DNA of 63,887 nt, counting the filler, from Basidiobolus ranarum (lineage: Eukaryota), in assembly GCA_040143965.1 (NCBI GenBank). It is 5 parts of 5 records of this genome, joined end to end, with 100 filler letters (N's around TTAATTAATTAA, not from the genome) between each part and the next. Parts side by side here need not be neighbours in the genome. Positions count along the whole stretch, not along the records: positions 38,457 to 51,147 come from JASJQH010007403.1; 4 more parts are not named here. One strand, written 5' to 3'. A program made the translations under genes and the position numbers. The notes below the pieces were generated by a model. It saw only the letters and a program-made list of their open reading frames with translations. It was not told the origin of the DNA and made no database searches. Below, piece by piece: positions 40,132-50,845 of the stretch (positions are counted from its first letter, which is position 1; the number at the start of each line of letters is the position of its first letter).

Positions 40132-41378
40132 ATGCTTGTAAATACCATACAAAACATCGAGGCTGATAATCGTAAAGTTTGCGTTTCCGATCCCCCATCA
40201 CTAGAACCAGAATCTAGAAAAAGCTATACTTTACCCCCTCAGGCTTCCATATTCAATCCACTAACCGAAGAAACTTCTTTTAGAAATGCTGAAAATCCTC
40301 AGTCCTCCGAAAGTCCCCAGCGTAAAACACATTTTATCATTGATATATGGGTGTATAATTTATTAACCATAACCAAATATTTCCGAAATATCCATAGATG
40401 AGATTTCGAAACGGATTAAACAGTCAACCCAAGAGCCCATTACTAGAGAGGGGAACAAAAACGGAATTCAAACACTGCTTGAGCGTCTAAATCAAAGTGA
40501 CGGTCATTGCCCTCAAATTCAAAGTCAACTTTGGTCGGTACAACTAGTGAATAATCAAAATTCTAAAGGTCTTAAAACGACCCACAAACCCCGCACTAGG
40601 TCTAGACATTCTCGGAGTAGACCTATTACATATAGATATCATTGCAGAAACAGAAGTAAAAGCAAAAGAGCTTATAAAGTACCAAAAGGATGCAAAACGA
40701 TCCCGGGTCTATGCCGTTCAGTGACAATGATAGGGCATACTCCATTGGCAGACTCTCTCTCAATGCCTGAGTACATTTATGAGGATGAAATATCCCTTAC
40801 AGATGAAGCACTACCGCCACATTTAAAGCTCAGGCGTCGCAAGACAGTTGAAGTCGTAGTACCAATGCCTTCACCCGAGTGGCAGAGGATTTCATCAAAG
40901 TCACCTCAAAACCAGGAAGCATTTATCTCAAATGCATTAGTTAAGACGAGAAATACTACCTTGGAGGTAATTATTCCAATTAGAGCGAAGATTCGTGAAC
41001 GTGAAAGAAAAATACCAAAAGATAAAGGAAAGATTGTAAAGATCATGGAACAAACCCGCAGTCAGTCCGGGAAGATATTATATAGAGTATTTTGGGAGGA
41101 TGGGCATCAAAGTTGGGTAAGTTAATTATTGACAACTTTTATTGTTAGTGTATGAATACTTAAAAACTACCTAGGAGTCTCCCAGAGATATGAACAACAC
41201 ACTGGATCTTGTTGAAACTTTTGAGCATGCTCAGTTCCGCCGTTTTAGACGATCTGGTTATCCAAAATCTATTGGAAGATACTCAAGCAACAGGCAATAC
41301 TTATCAAAACATCCCTTGATTGATACCTCAATCTCAGCGTTTGAAGAGTCCACCTTACAAAACTACAACAAGGGGTAA
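40132..41378 (+). CDS. Protein with a C-terminal chromodomain-like domain, 3 exons
   Basis: Introns 40322-40397 and 41117-41174 join three ORFs in frame. The spliced segment IVKIMEQTRSQSGKILYRVFWEDGHQSW|ESPRDMNNTLDLVETFE fits the chromodomain YxVxW...WE pattern. Confidence 0.7.
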
Positions 41379-43191
41379 TCCAGAGAGACTCTCCACACAA
41401 CAGCCATGTCTGAAAGCACTCTATCCTATTACTAGTAAGGATTTCCTATGTGTGGAGATATGAAGCCCAATGTATTTTTTATTCCATATGTATTTATGCT
41501 TCTTTGCTGTGACTGATATTTCACATATGTCCATGGATGATTTGCTCTCTGCCTTGCTTCAGTATATTAATAGAAATGATAAATTGCCAGTAAGCTTGAA
41601 TATGATTATGCCAAGCTATGTTACACTTTAGTAGATCGTCTCTTGAATATCCTCTGTTGCTCGAACAGCCGACAGGAGATAGAATATACTAAAATCACCC
41701 AAGGACTTGCCAGGCAATTTTCAAGTTATTAGAGCCGTGTGACAACGGATGAATATGGAACACAATGTTACATGCATGGTATAGTTGTGTCATCGGAGAA
41801 ATTACCTAGGGCCGCAAGAAATCCCCCCATAGTGGTTAAAGCCTTCATCATCTAATCAGGCAAAGCACGCAACTAGTTCCAAACAAGTCGTTTTCTTTAT
41901 ATAGTTGGGTTAGGGCTAAGAAAGTTCTGCCTAGACCAAAAATGTGGACTCATTTGGCTGAGCAGGTTTTTGCTCGCCACTAAGCCTGAGACTCCTATTT
42001 TGTCTCCTGTACAATGAAGTCGTAATAACACTGAAACATAGGGAACATTCAGAAGATATATTTGGTTAAAGGCTGGCTAAATTAACAAACGACGATCATA
42101 ATATGATGTGAAAAAGGAAGAAAAACTGGTTGCGAATTCTCACTTTGCGGTCAAACAATGCACTCTGATGTAACCTCAAGAAAACATGTTTCTTCTGGGG
42201 TTGGACACACAATCAGTTGTTTAATCAAACGATATAAATATGCTCATGAGGGAATTGGAAAAGGAAATGATTGTCACCATTAACTTCCCCAGAAATCCCG
42301 AAATAGCCTGGTTTGGCGTACAAAGCGGTCTAGATCTCGGTCTTCAGGTGTCTGTTCAAGGTTTAAGGGGTCTCATATATATAAGGAAATGGTCCTCGTC
42401 AGTGATATTGGATAGATGGACCAGTAAGGATAGTAAGCTCGGTCCTTAGTGGCATTCTTTTGAATTAGGCTCAGATCCAGCATTAATATAGCATCTTCGG
42501 CTGCAAATGCATGGAGAGATAATTGGCTCTGTCCCCCATTTTTTGTTGAGCTGAAACTCATCTATAACCATGTCGACCAAGATTGGAGCAACAACAGAAT
42601 TTAACAAAAGCCAACTTTGATCTCTTGGTGATGTGTACACACGTGCGTACCAATGTGACAGTCGAATCACCTTCGGTGTATTTGGATATACTATGTTAAA
42701 TTAAGCAAGAAAATATATTCCTAGCTTAGTGGTGGTCTTAGTACTCCTCCCGACCAATTTAGTGGCTCCCCCATTTTTTTTACGAACCTCTCAACATAGC
42801 CTCGCCAATTTAAATTAGGCTCTATTATAGTTATATAGGATTCAATAATTTCCCTGGGTGTGTCATTTACCTTGAATGATTCCTCCTTCCATTGATAAGT
42901 ACCCTGCCATTAAATTGTTAGTCGACGTTTGACTCTTAGACCTCAATAGCTTTCCGTGAACACAATTTTCGATTGATACGAAAATCTTTAGCAAATATTG
43001 GTCTTTGGGACTTTTAAATTCTGGATTGCTTCACATTCTAATTTTGATCAAATTCCTCAAGCCCTTGCCCTTTTTAATATTTAATTTCCGTAATACATCT
43101 TTTTAACTCTATCTTATCCTTTATTCTTGCCATTTTACTATTATAATACCTCGTTCAAGTTTACTTACTGACGAGGAAACCTTCAATCAGT

Positions 43192-45378
43192 ATGCCACAG
43201 TCTGGTTTGAATCCTAAAGCACCGGTTAATGTATGCATTGTTGGTGGTGGAAATAGGTGCGTTCCATTTCGTTACTGAGATATCGGACCTTTCCCGGGCC
43301 GTTACCTTTTATATTTTTCAATAACCTCTTTTGCTATTCTAGAGGCTCGACGTACGCTAATTTTGCGTTAAAAAACCCAAACTTAATGCGTATAATGGCC
43401 GTAGCTTCACCCACTGAATTTAGACGATTTAATCTGGCCAAGGTTTGAATTTGTTGGTACCTTTATTTACCTACCAATTGACTCATTATTGTATCAAACG
43501 ATCTTTTCCTCCATAGAGACATAACATAGCACCAGATATGATATTTTCCAACTGGAGAAATGTTAGTATATTTAACTAGATAAACTTACTACAGTAGCTG
43601 AACTATATTTTTTGTGTGTTAACTTCAGCTTGCCAGTCAATCCAGAGTTGCTGATGCTGTTATTATTACGAACCTTGATTCGTTACAATATGAATGTGCC
43701 TTAGGTTGGTGAGAATCGTTTTAACTCAATTCAAAGTATTCGCTTCTTATATATATTTCATATAGCATTTTTGGAAAGGGGATATCACGTTTTGTTGGAG
43801 AATCCAACCAATTTAGATCTTGAGGGTTGCCGACAAGTAGTTGAAACTGCCATCCTTAACAACGTAAAGCATGTCCCTCACTAAATGCCCAACATAATAC
43901 TTAAGCAGAGCCAACAATAATTTTATGATAATTGATGAATTATAGCTACTGTTTTATATCGGACATCCTCGACGATACAATGCTTACAACAAAACGATAA
44001 AGCGCCTGATTGATTCTGGTGCGATTGGAGAGGTTATGAGTATTCAACACCTAGAGCCAGTCGGAATTTATCACCTTCAACCATCTGTAAGCGAAGGAAA
44101 AATTATTCATTGTACCTCCAAGTACTTAACCTACCTCAGTTTTCACGTAGCTCCAAAAAGAAAAATCACACTCTATCATTGTTGGCCAAGGTAAGCAAAA
44201 TTTCCCCTCGGCATATCTTGAAGGTCACCTTAACCGACACTTTACCTTAAACAAATAGAACCTCCACGATATTGACCTGATAACATGGTTTATAGGAACT
44301 CAGTGCCGGGTTAGTACGATATTCTGATGCTTCTCTGGCTATCTCGAAAATTTATATATTTCTCTTTTTACCCTATATATTATCAAACTAGCGAGTCAGC
44401 TCTTTCGGCAACCTTTATCTACCACTAAAATCCAAAAAAGCTGTTCAGCTTCCTGACTCTAGGTAGAACATCACTGTATTAATTTCAACTTGGTAATATT
44501 GGTATTCATCATTGTTAAATAATATCTTAAGTCGTTGTCGCCAGTGCCCTCACGAACAAGAGTGTTGCTATTCTGCTAAACAAATGTTCTCAAATATACC
44601 CGAATTCACATCCAAAATATCCACACCATCCGTAAATGGTAAGTTACTTAGATGCTTTGGTGTTTGTGACCTTTGATTAATTATTCTCGTTCATTTTAGA
44701 GATTGAAAACCTACCAGACACATTCACCAGCACTACCGTTGCAGATGATGGGATCAATAACCAGGTATATATCTTATTATGTTTCTTTGATCTTCGGTTT
44801 ATATTTACAGACTGTGATTCAACCAGATAATTAGTATGGAGTTTGATGGCGGTAAAACATGTAATTTTACTATGGTTTCTTGTACGGAATCTACGTGTGA
44901 ATACAAAACTAGAATCTTTGGAACTTTGGGTGAACTAGAAGCTGATGGACAAGCTATCCGTCTTTTCAACTTTTTAACACGCCGGAGTGAAATTATTCGA
45001 CCAGAGAGAGATGAGGATCATGGAGAAATCTCTGTTAATGGTATTCAATATTTGTTTATTGTTGGTAACAAGCAGAACTAACTCTTACACGACATGTTTA
45101 GATGGAGATAATAGTGGAGCAATTCGTTCGTTTTTAGAATATATTACATATTACGATTCGAATGGACATTTCTCCTGCGATCCCGAGAATGCTTTGGGTA
45201 AGTTCCAATACTCCGATACAAATCGTGTCCTTTTCGCTCTACTTAACGCCATTGGATAGATATTCATTTGTGTGTATTTGCTGCTGAGGAAGCACGTAAA
45301 CATGGAACAGTAATTAATATCGATGATTTTCGCCAACAATTAGTTGAGAATATGGAACAAATGGACACCAGTGATTAA
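43192..45378 (+). CDS. Gfo/Idh/MocA-family oxidoreductase, highly intron-fragmented
   Basis: Hand-spliced exons: VCIVGGGNR|GSTY, ADAVII, GYHVLLENP, IKRLIDSGAIGEVMSIQHLEPVG, LAK|NLHDIDLI, VSSFGNL, CRQCPHEQECCYSAK, MEFDGGKTCNFTMV, TRIFGTLGEL, HLCVFAAEEARKHGTVI. Roughly a dozen short GT-AG introns; some boundaries are approximate. Confidence 0.82.
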
Positions 45379-46443
45379 AAGCGATATTAGCAACGAATGC
45401 AGCCAGCTTACTCGTGAGAGGACTATCTATTTTGAAGCACCTTGACCATCAAAAAGATTCACATTTGGATCAAGATATATTCACAGTTTATTTGATCGTC
45501 ATAATTAGGAATTCCAAAGATCACCTCCCCATGCAACACGGTTTTAAAAATGATTTTATGATAGAATGAGCAATTTTATTCTAACTGCCAGCTACATCCA
45601 CTTCCATGTAACAGCCCTTCTCTCTTATTACGAAATTAAACCATATACATACGTTCTTCTCATACTTTAAGCAGCTTCCGACCTTTTCCCACATGTATAA
45701 CAAGCTAGATCCCCTCCCGAATATTTGTTTAGACACTAGATTTCATTGAAATTTATCATTAAAACAATCCCTCGTCAGACCTCTTGGCTGTTGTGTCTCT
45801 CTGATCATGATTAAAGCATGTAGAAGGTTTCGCTTCTGACAGGTATTACAAACAGAGACTTGATTGATGGTGTTTCTGGACATCACCAATAAGCATCAGG
45901 ATAGGATTCATTGGTATAATTACTACCATGTAAGGCTAGGGACCCATTGCCAGGTAGGGCAATTAGATTATATCGAATCCTTAAATAACCACTGATTCAG
46001 ATACTTGGATAGGAAAAGTCATAAATGATCTAGCAAATGATTGGTGTTATGCCAATGTCACAGTCCACGGAATGTTCAATACATTCCCCACGAACTTTCG
46101 TTACGCTACCAGTAATTGCCTATTTACTTTTTGGACTATTAAGCGTGTTTCGTCGGATTTCGAACTATCCGATCAGGCCGAAAGGCTCAGCTAGCACTAT
46201 GTTACTCAACACATACCGTTTCACAATAAAATGGACAAAGCCAACAGAACATTGACTACACTCATCATGTTAAAGGTGAAAGAATACACGTGACAACACC
46301 ATAGTCAATGTAAAAAAAAGATATGTATGGTATTAATTATTTGTTTATTTTACAGACGCTGATTCATATCCTAGAGTGAAGATTGGTTAGTCATTGATGC
46401 TAGCATTTATGGATTTCCCTTAATGATCAATCTTTAGATGAGT

Positions 46444-46517
46444 TCAGAATATGGCATGGTAACTGCCGGTATAATCACAGTGAATCATTAGACCGTCGTG
46501 AAAATTTGTATCATCAT
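46444..46517 (-). ncRNA. snR73: Box C/D snoRNA, snR73/U35 homologue (guide for LSU Cm2959, yeast numbering)
   Basis: C box ATGATGA; guide TCACGACGGTCTA antisense to LSU UAGACCGUCGUGA; D' ATGA; D box CTGA. The D'+5 rule hits the first C of AGACC. Confidence 0.9.
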
Positions 46518-46693
46518 CTAGTCCAATCCAAGGTTGACCATGCAAGTGTTTCAAACTAAACTCAGACTTACCTTCAGAAAATGAAGATCGTTTGGTTTGA
46601 TAAAGCGAACGGATACTTACCACCTGAGGTGTAATTAACATTGTCAGTTATTGCTTCACATCCATTGATAACACTGGTTGCTCAAGAGAATTA

Positions 46694-46756
46694 TCAGTGA
46701 CGAAAATGGTCCTTCATTAAGATCGGACATATGCTTGTCTTTGTCTAACTCATCAT
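46694..46756 (-). ncRNA. snR74: Box C/D snoRNA, snR74/U27 homologue (guide for SSU Am28)
   Basis: C box ATGATGA; guide AGACAAGCATATG antisense to 18S CAUAUGCUUGUCU; D' CCGA; D CTGA; flanking stem CAAGAGA/TCTCTTG. Confidence 0.92.
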
Positions 46757-46909
46757 TAAACTTCTCTCTTGCTACCCGCTTCATCGATCATTTCATATTT
46801 ACCTTGGAGACGACGAATACTCTATACAATTCCTCTACAAGTGGACTGAAATATCGGTTAGAGAAAGGTGAGAATAAAAAAAGAAGACAATTGCTGTAAC
46901 AAGAATCAA

Positions 46910-46986
46910 TCAGGTTTTGGCATGAATGGTAGAAAAGATGGTGTCAACAGTGAATAACTCATCTGACTCGTCATCAAAGTCATCAT
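46910..46986 (-). ncRNA. snR75: Box C/D snoRNA, snR75 homologue (guide for LSU Gm2288)
   Basis: C box ATGATGA; guide GATGACGAG antisense to LSU CUCGUCAUC, followed by D' CAGA; second element CCATTCATGC antisense to the nearby GCAUGAAUGG; D CTGA; 11-bp flanking stem ACAAGAATCAA/TTGATTCTTGT. Confidence 0.9.
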
Positions 46987-47147
46987 CTTGATTCTTGTAC
47001 AGTATCAACGATAGAGATAGAAAACTCACCAGAGCACAGAGGGCCCGGTTGCCAGGATGTCGTTGGTCACTAATCAGCACATATATGAACCTAAGCAATG
47101 TTGGTGATTAGTTAATGAAAGAGAACAAATAATATGCTCTGGTTTGA

Positions 47148-47226
47148 TCAGAAGAGTACAGTGCAAAACTATCCATCATGAATTTTCGGCCGGTAATTCC
47201 AGCTTATTTTGCTTGTATATCATCAC
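47148..47226 (-). ncRNA. snR77: Box C/D snoRNA, snR77 homologue copy B (guide for SSU Um578)
   Basis: C box GTGATGA; guide AGCTGGAATTACCG antisense to 18S CGGUAAUUCCAGCU; D' CCGA; C' ATGATG; D CTGA; flanking stem TGGTTT/AAACCA. Confidence 0.92.
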
Positions 47227-47380
47227 ATAAAACCAAGATGTAATCGAGAGTAATGCTTACAAAAGATGCGGCTTATGTACAGTGGTAGTAGTCTACATGC
47301 TCAGACTCTTGCTTAGATGCGCTTAAGGCTGGTTGAAGTTAGAATACAGTTTGAGAGAATGATTGTTGAGGATTGTGTGA

Positions 47381-47466
47381 TCGGACACCGGTTTTCTAGG
47401 CCGGGTGAATGCATCTCGTCATGATTCCAGCGTCTAAACTGGTCAGTGCCCAGTGCGTTTCGTCAT
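47381..47466 (-). ncRNA. snR76: Box C/D snoRNA, snR76 homologue (guide for LSU Cm2197)
   Basis: C box ATGACGA; guide GCACTGGGCA antisense to LSU UGCCCAGUGC; D' CTGA; C' ATGACGA; D CCGA; closing stem GTGA/TCAC. Confidence 0.85.
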
Positions 47467-47614
47467 TTCACTACCCATATAAAGGAAGCATTGCTTACCA
47501 AAGAAAGTAGAAGCACCAAGGATAGAGTAATTACAGCGGTGGACCTAGAGAATGAATATACTTAGCGACATGTTGTATACACCAATCACTCATCTTATCT
47601 GGCAAGGTGTGATT

Positions 47615-47692
47615 TCAGGGAGTACAGTGCAAAATTATCCATCATGAATTTTCGGCCGGTAATTCCAGCTTGTTTTGCGTGTGTATCATCAT
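47615..47692 (-). ncRNA. snR77: Box C/D snoRNA, snR77 homologue copy A (guide for SSU Um578)
   Basis: C box ATGATGA; the same 14-nt guide AGCTGGAATTACCG with D' CCGA; D CTGA; flanking stem AAGGTG/CACCTT. Confidence 0.92.
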
Positions 47693-48220
47693 TACAACAC
47701 CACCTTTCCAACGCTAATAATGGGATGATTCACATACCATTAAATGTTCTGTTTTCGGAAATGCTTTGCTGGTCTTGTTCCCTAGTGTTTCGAATTATTC
47801 CACAAGCATCAACCCCGGATGGGTAGAAGTTCGATGCATATTACCGGAGATGGGAATTGATAATGTTAAACTGGGAATAGTAAATCCATTTATATAACAG
47901 CTCGACTCCACTTTTTTTTCATCTAAAGTGATTTCGATTTTTCTTAAGCAGGGGCGATTGTTTGGCTTCAATCATTTAATTGGTTATATGCTCTTATTGT
48001 CGAGCTTGAGTTAAATCTGATCGATATTGGGCAACAATTTGATCTATATTCAGTAGTTATTTAATAGGTTTTCAGCAGCAATTGTGGCACGATTCGATAT
48101 ATATGGAGTTTGAACAAAATAGAATTTCCATTCATTTTCTAATCAATCTCGCTAGTTTGCTATAATAACGAACTTCACTCCGGGAAATCATATCCTATTT
48201 ACACTCCCTTAGTTATCATA

Positions 48221-48589
48221 ATGTCAAACCCCACTGTTCAGGTTGTTGAAGGTATAAGAAAGTTCTCTTTCTTTCATCTGTTACATGAATTCATATAGCT
48301 AACTGACCTTGATGTTCATATAGAAGAAAAAAAGGGTTTCATGGAAGAGATCTGGCTTTCCATTTTTACTCCTGGCGTCAATGGCTCGGTTGTCAAAGCC
48401 ATGAATCTATCGTTCATTGCCTCATTGGTTTCTTTGGCTTTTTTGGCTTATTCTACTGGAGGTGACATTCACGCCATCATCGTATTTGTTATCACTTCAT
48501 GCCTCTTCGTAGCTGTCAACCTCTTAGTCAAAGAACTTGAAAAAGCCAAAATTGCCGAGGCTAGTGAGGAGGTTAAGAAAGAAAATTAA
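48221..48589 (+). CDS. PKR1: V-ATPase assembly factor Pkr1
   Basis: Exon 48221-48251, intron 48252-48323. The IWLSIFTPG motif followed by two TM helices and a charged tail is characteristic of Pkr1. Confidence 0.82.
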
Positions 48590-48935
48590 TCAGTCCAACT
48601 TATCTTCTACGTCATCTGTATGTCCCTAAGTACCAGAATACCTCAATTGTAATACTAATAAAGTGAACTTATTGCGAGATAGTTGCTTCTCAATCGGAGA
48701 TAATATTTTTTTTAATACAAAATGGTTTTTAGTTATATTGACAAACAGGTATATAAATGGAATTACATAGTAAAGTTCTTAAGTGAGAATCGGAAGAAGG
48801 GAATACACGGAGAAATATATAATTTTTGAAGGGAAATGTTTTGAAGGCTGTCTCGTTTGTTCGAGGTTGTGAAGGATTATTGTCACTTTAATGACAGCTA
48901 CTCTAGAATCCTTCATGTTAACGGATACACCAAGG

Positions 48936-50845
48936 CTAATCGTGACACCATCTACTCGGGATGCTCTTTTTTCGTTGTTGTAATTGAGCTTTATACAAGC
49001 TTGTTGGATTGACGTGAGCTCCTAAACTATGCCACCAACCCTGAGGAATGTCCTTTCCGAACACACCTCTGTTTTGCTCTCCTATCACTCCAAAAGCGAA
49101 GTTCCATGCTGTAGGAGGCTTTTGAGCAATAGCTCTACCTACTGTATTCCAAAGGACATAATTGGCACCTGACCACCCATGCCCACTGCCTAAATGTTTA
49201 CGGTTTTGAATGGAAAGCGAGGAGTGAACATTATCAAACAAACCCCCGACTGACCAGCGATGATGAGGTTCTAAAGGATAATAAGAGACATTTTCATTAC
49301 TACAAAGATTCGCTAACTAAATAGTATACCATGAAGTTAATTACCACTGCTGCCATGTTGGTTTTCAGCTGTACAATTATGAAATACATTCGGACCAGTT
49401 ACTTGCGACCCAACTATAAACGCGTGTCTAGCATGCTCAGCATAATTCCCTTTAAACAGGATTAATTCTGCGCCTCGGTCAATGAAAAAGGCATATCTAT
49501 TTCCACCTTCCAGTGGAGCAACCGGTTCTAGGTATTGGCAGTTCTCCACAGTTACCCACTTTGCGTGATTCGAGACAGATATGAAGTTATTGAAATGCCT
49601 AGCGGTAATGTTTCTTGCGAAGCCGTGTATCATTCTTTCGAAGGAGAGGACTGATTCCGAATGTTGTCCATCTGAGAAATACTTCTCTCCCATTTCATCG
49701 AAAGAAACTTTACTAGCATCGTACTCAGATATAAGGTTGATATGTTCAATTCCAACATGGTTCAGACGCCCATAAAATCTATATGGGAAGATTCGACCAC
49801 CTCCCCATCTTTTCTCAATACTATTGGTGATGGGGATGTCAAGGGTGACGATCCCACTAGTTCTGTCTATCGCCTGAACTGTACGAGTAAACAGCAGCTT
49901 GAATGGTCTCCAATTCACCACACTAGAGGCTCTCTGTGGTCTGTACAAACTTAAATTATGCATTCCGATCTCTTGAATCCAATTTTGGTTACCACGTCTC
50001 TCTACAATAATTTCATCGCCAACTCTAAATCTATGTGAGATCATAGGATTAATTCGTAATTGGACCGAGCCAACCGGTACATAGGTTTGCAAGATTTCGG
50101 CGGTAATTCTAGATTTCGGCATTGGACGTCCTTTGCCGGTTACTTGAAATACAGTGAATCGATTTTTGCCAGTAGCCAGTATAGTAGTGTTTCCATGAGG
50201 ATCCCCACGAATTACCACTCCAGACTGGGTTATGCGTAAAGTTTTACTAACTTTGAATAGACCGGATTTTAGTAACAGAGCGCCTCTATACCCTGTATGA
50301 GAGTCCACTGGAAGTTGCTCTAACCGATCTATGGCCAATTGAATACGTTCTGTATCATCTGAAGGATGTACCGCAGGGATTACCGTCACCATAGTGAGTA
50401 TATTTTCTGGGATTTCCTGGTCACCACTTTCATAACCCACACGAGAAAAATCCGGGATTATGTCATTGGTAATGGAGTAGTTACGATAGCATAATCCCTG
50501 AGGATTACTGGAATCATACTCCACCAAGTTATTCATAGAAATTAGAGTTTTACTAGGCATCGGCGCATCGTTTAACGGGTAAATATTTTGTTCGAAGATG
50601 GTAGGGAATATCCTTTCTCTGGATCCAACTTGGGTGGAGTCCCCAGTTAAAATGGATCCTTTAGAGTTACCAGAGAAATCCTGGAAAACGTATGACATTG
50701 GGCTTGTAAGTATCCCTAAAGTTATCCCAAATGTGATTGTGATTCCCAGTAGAATACTGATCAATCTATGACGAAATGTAAAATAATTCCTAGTACAATT
50801 CGAGATATCCTGATGCTTTAGTGTTATTACCGGTTGTCTTTTCAT
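48936..50845 (-). CDS. Membrane-anchored parallel beta-helix (pectate-lyase-like) carbohydrate-active protein
   Basis: N-terminal TM; IPDFSRVGY, DDTERIQLAID, GALLLKSG, SGVVIRG, GPNVF and SS|EPHHRWSVGGLFDNV...GHGWSGAN motifs; intron 49271-49344. Confidence 0.8.

Larger units (their letters stand above)
46330..47790 (-). ncRNA. Spliced non-coding snoRNA host gene (6 introns, each with one C/D snoRNA); ends approximate
   Basis: Introns 47737-47545, 47498-47329, 47260-47091, 47029-46846, 46802-46624 and 46571 (or 46620)-46371 all have GTRHG/GTAAA donors, CTRAN-type branch sites and YAG acceptors. Internal exons are 43-68 nt and the spliced product has no long ORF. Confidence 0.85.

Noticed and set aside
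41900-42000. CCCTAACCC (minus strand) near a GGCTGAGCA...TGCTCGCC hairpin as a telomerase RNA template
   Set aside because: A 9-mer can occur by chance in 64 kb, and I could not establish a pseudoknot or other TER elements by eye.
42373-42670. Short minus-strand ORFs as a gene relic
   Set aside because: No recognisable motif or consistent splice structure.
47148-47692. The 70-nt direct repeat as CRISPR-like or an rRNA fragment
   Set aside because: There are only two copies, in eukaryotic context. The 14-nt rRNA match is a snoRNA guide flanked by C/D boxes.
46444-47826. Short ORFs (65, 73, 62 and 60 aa) as protein-coding exons
   Set aside because: They overlap snoRNA boxes and introns; the DDDFDDE run is simply the TGATGA C box. 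The spliced exons have no long frame.
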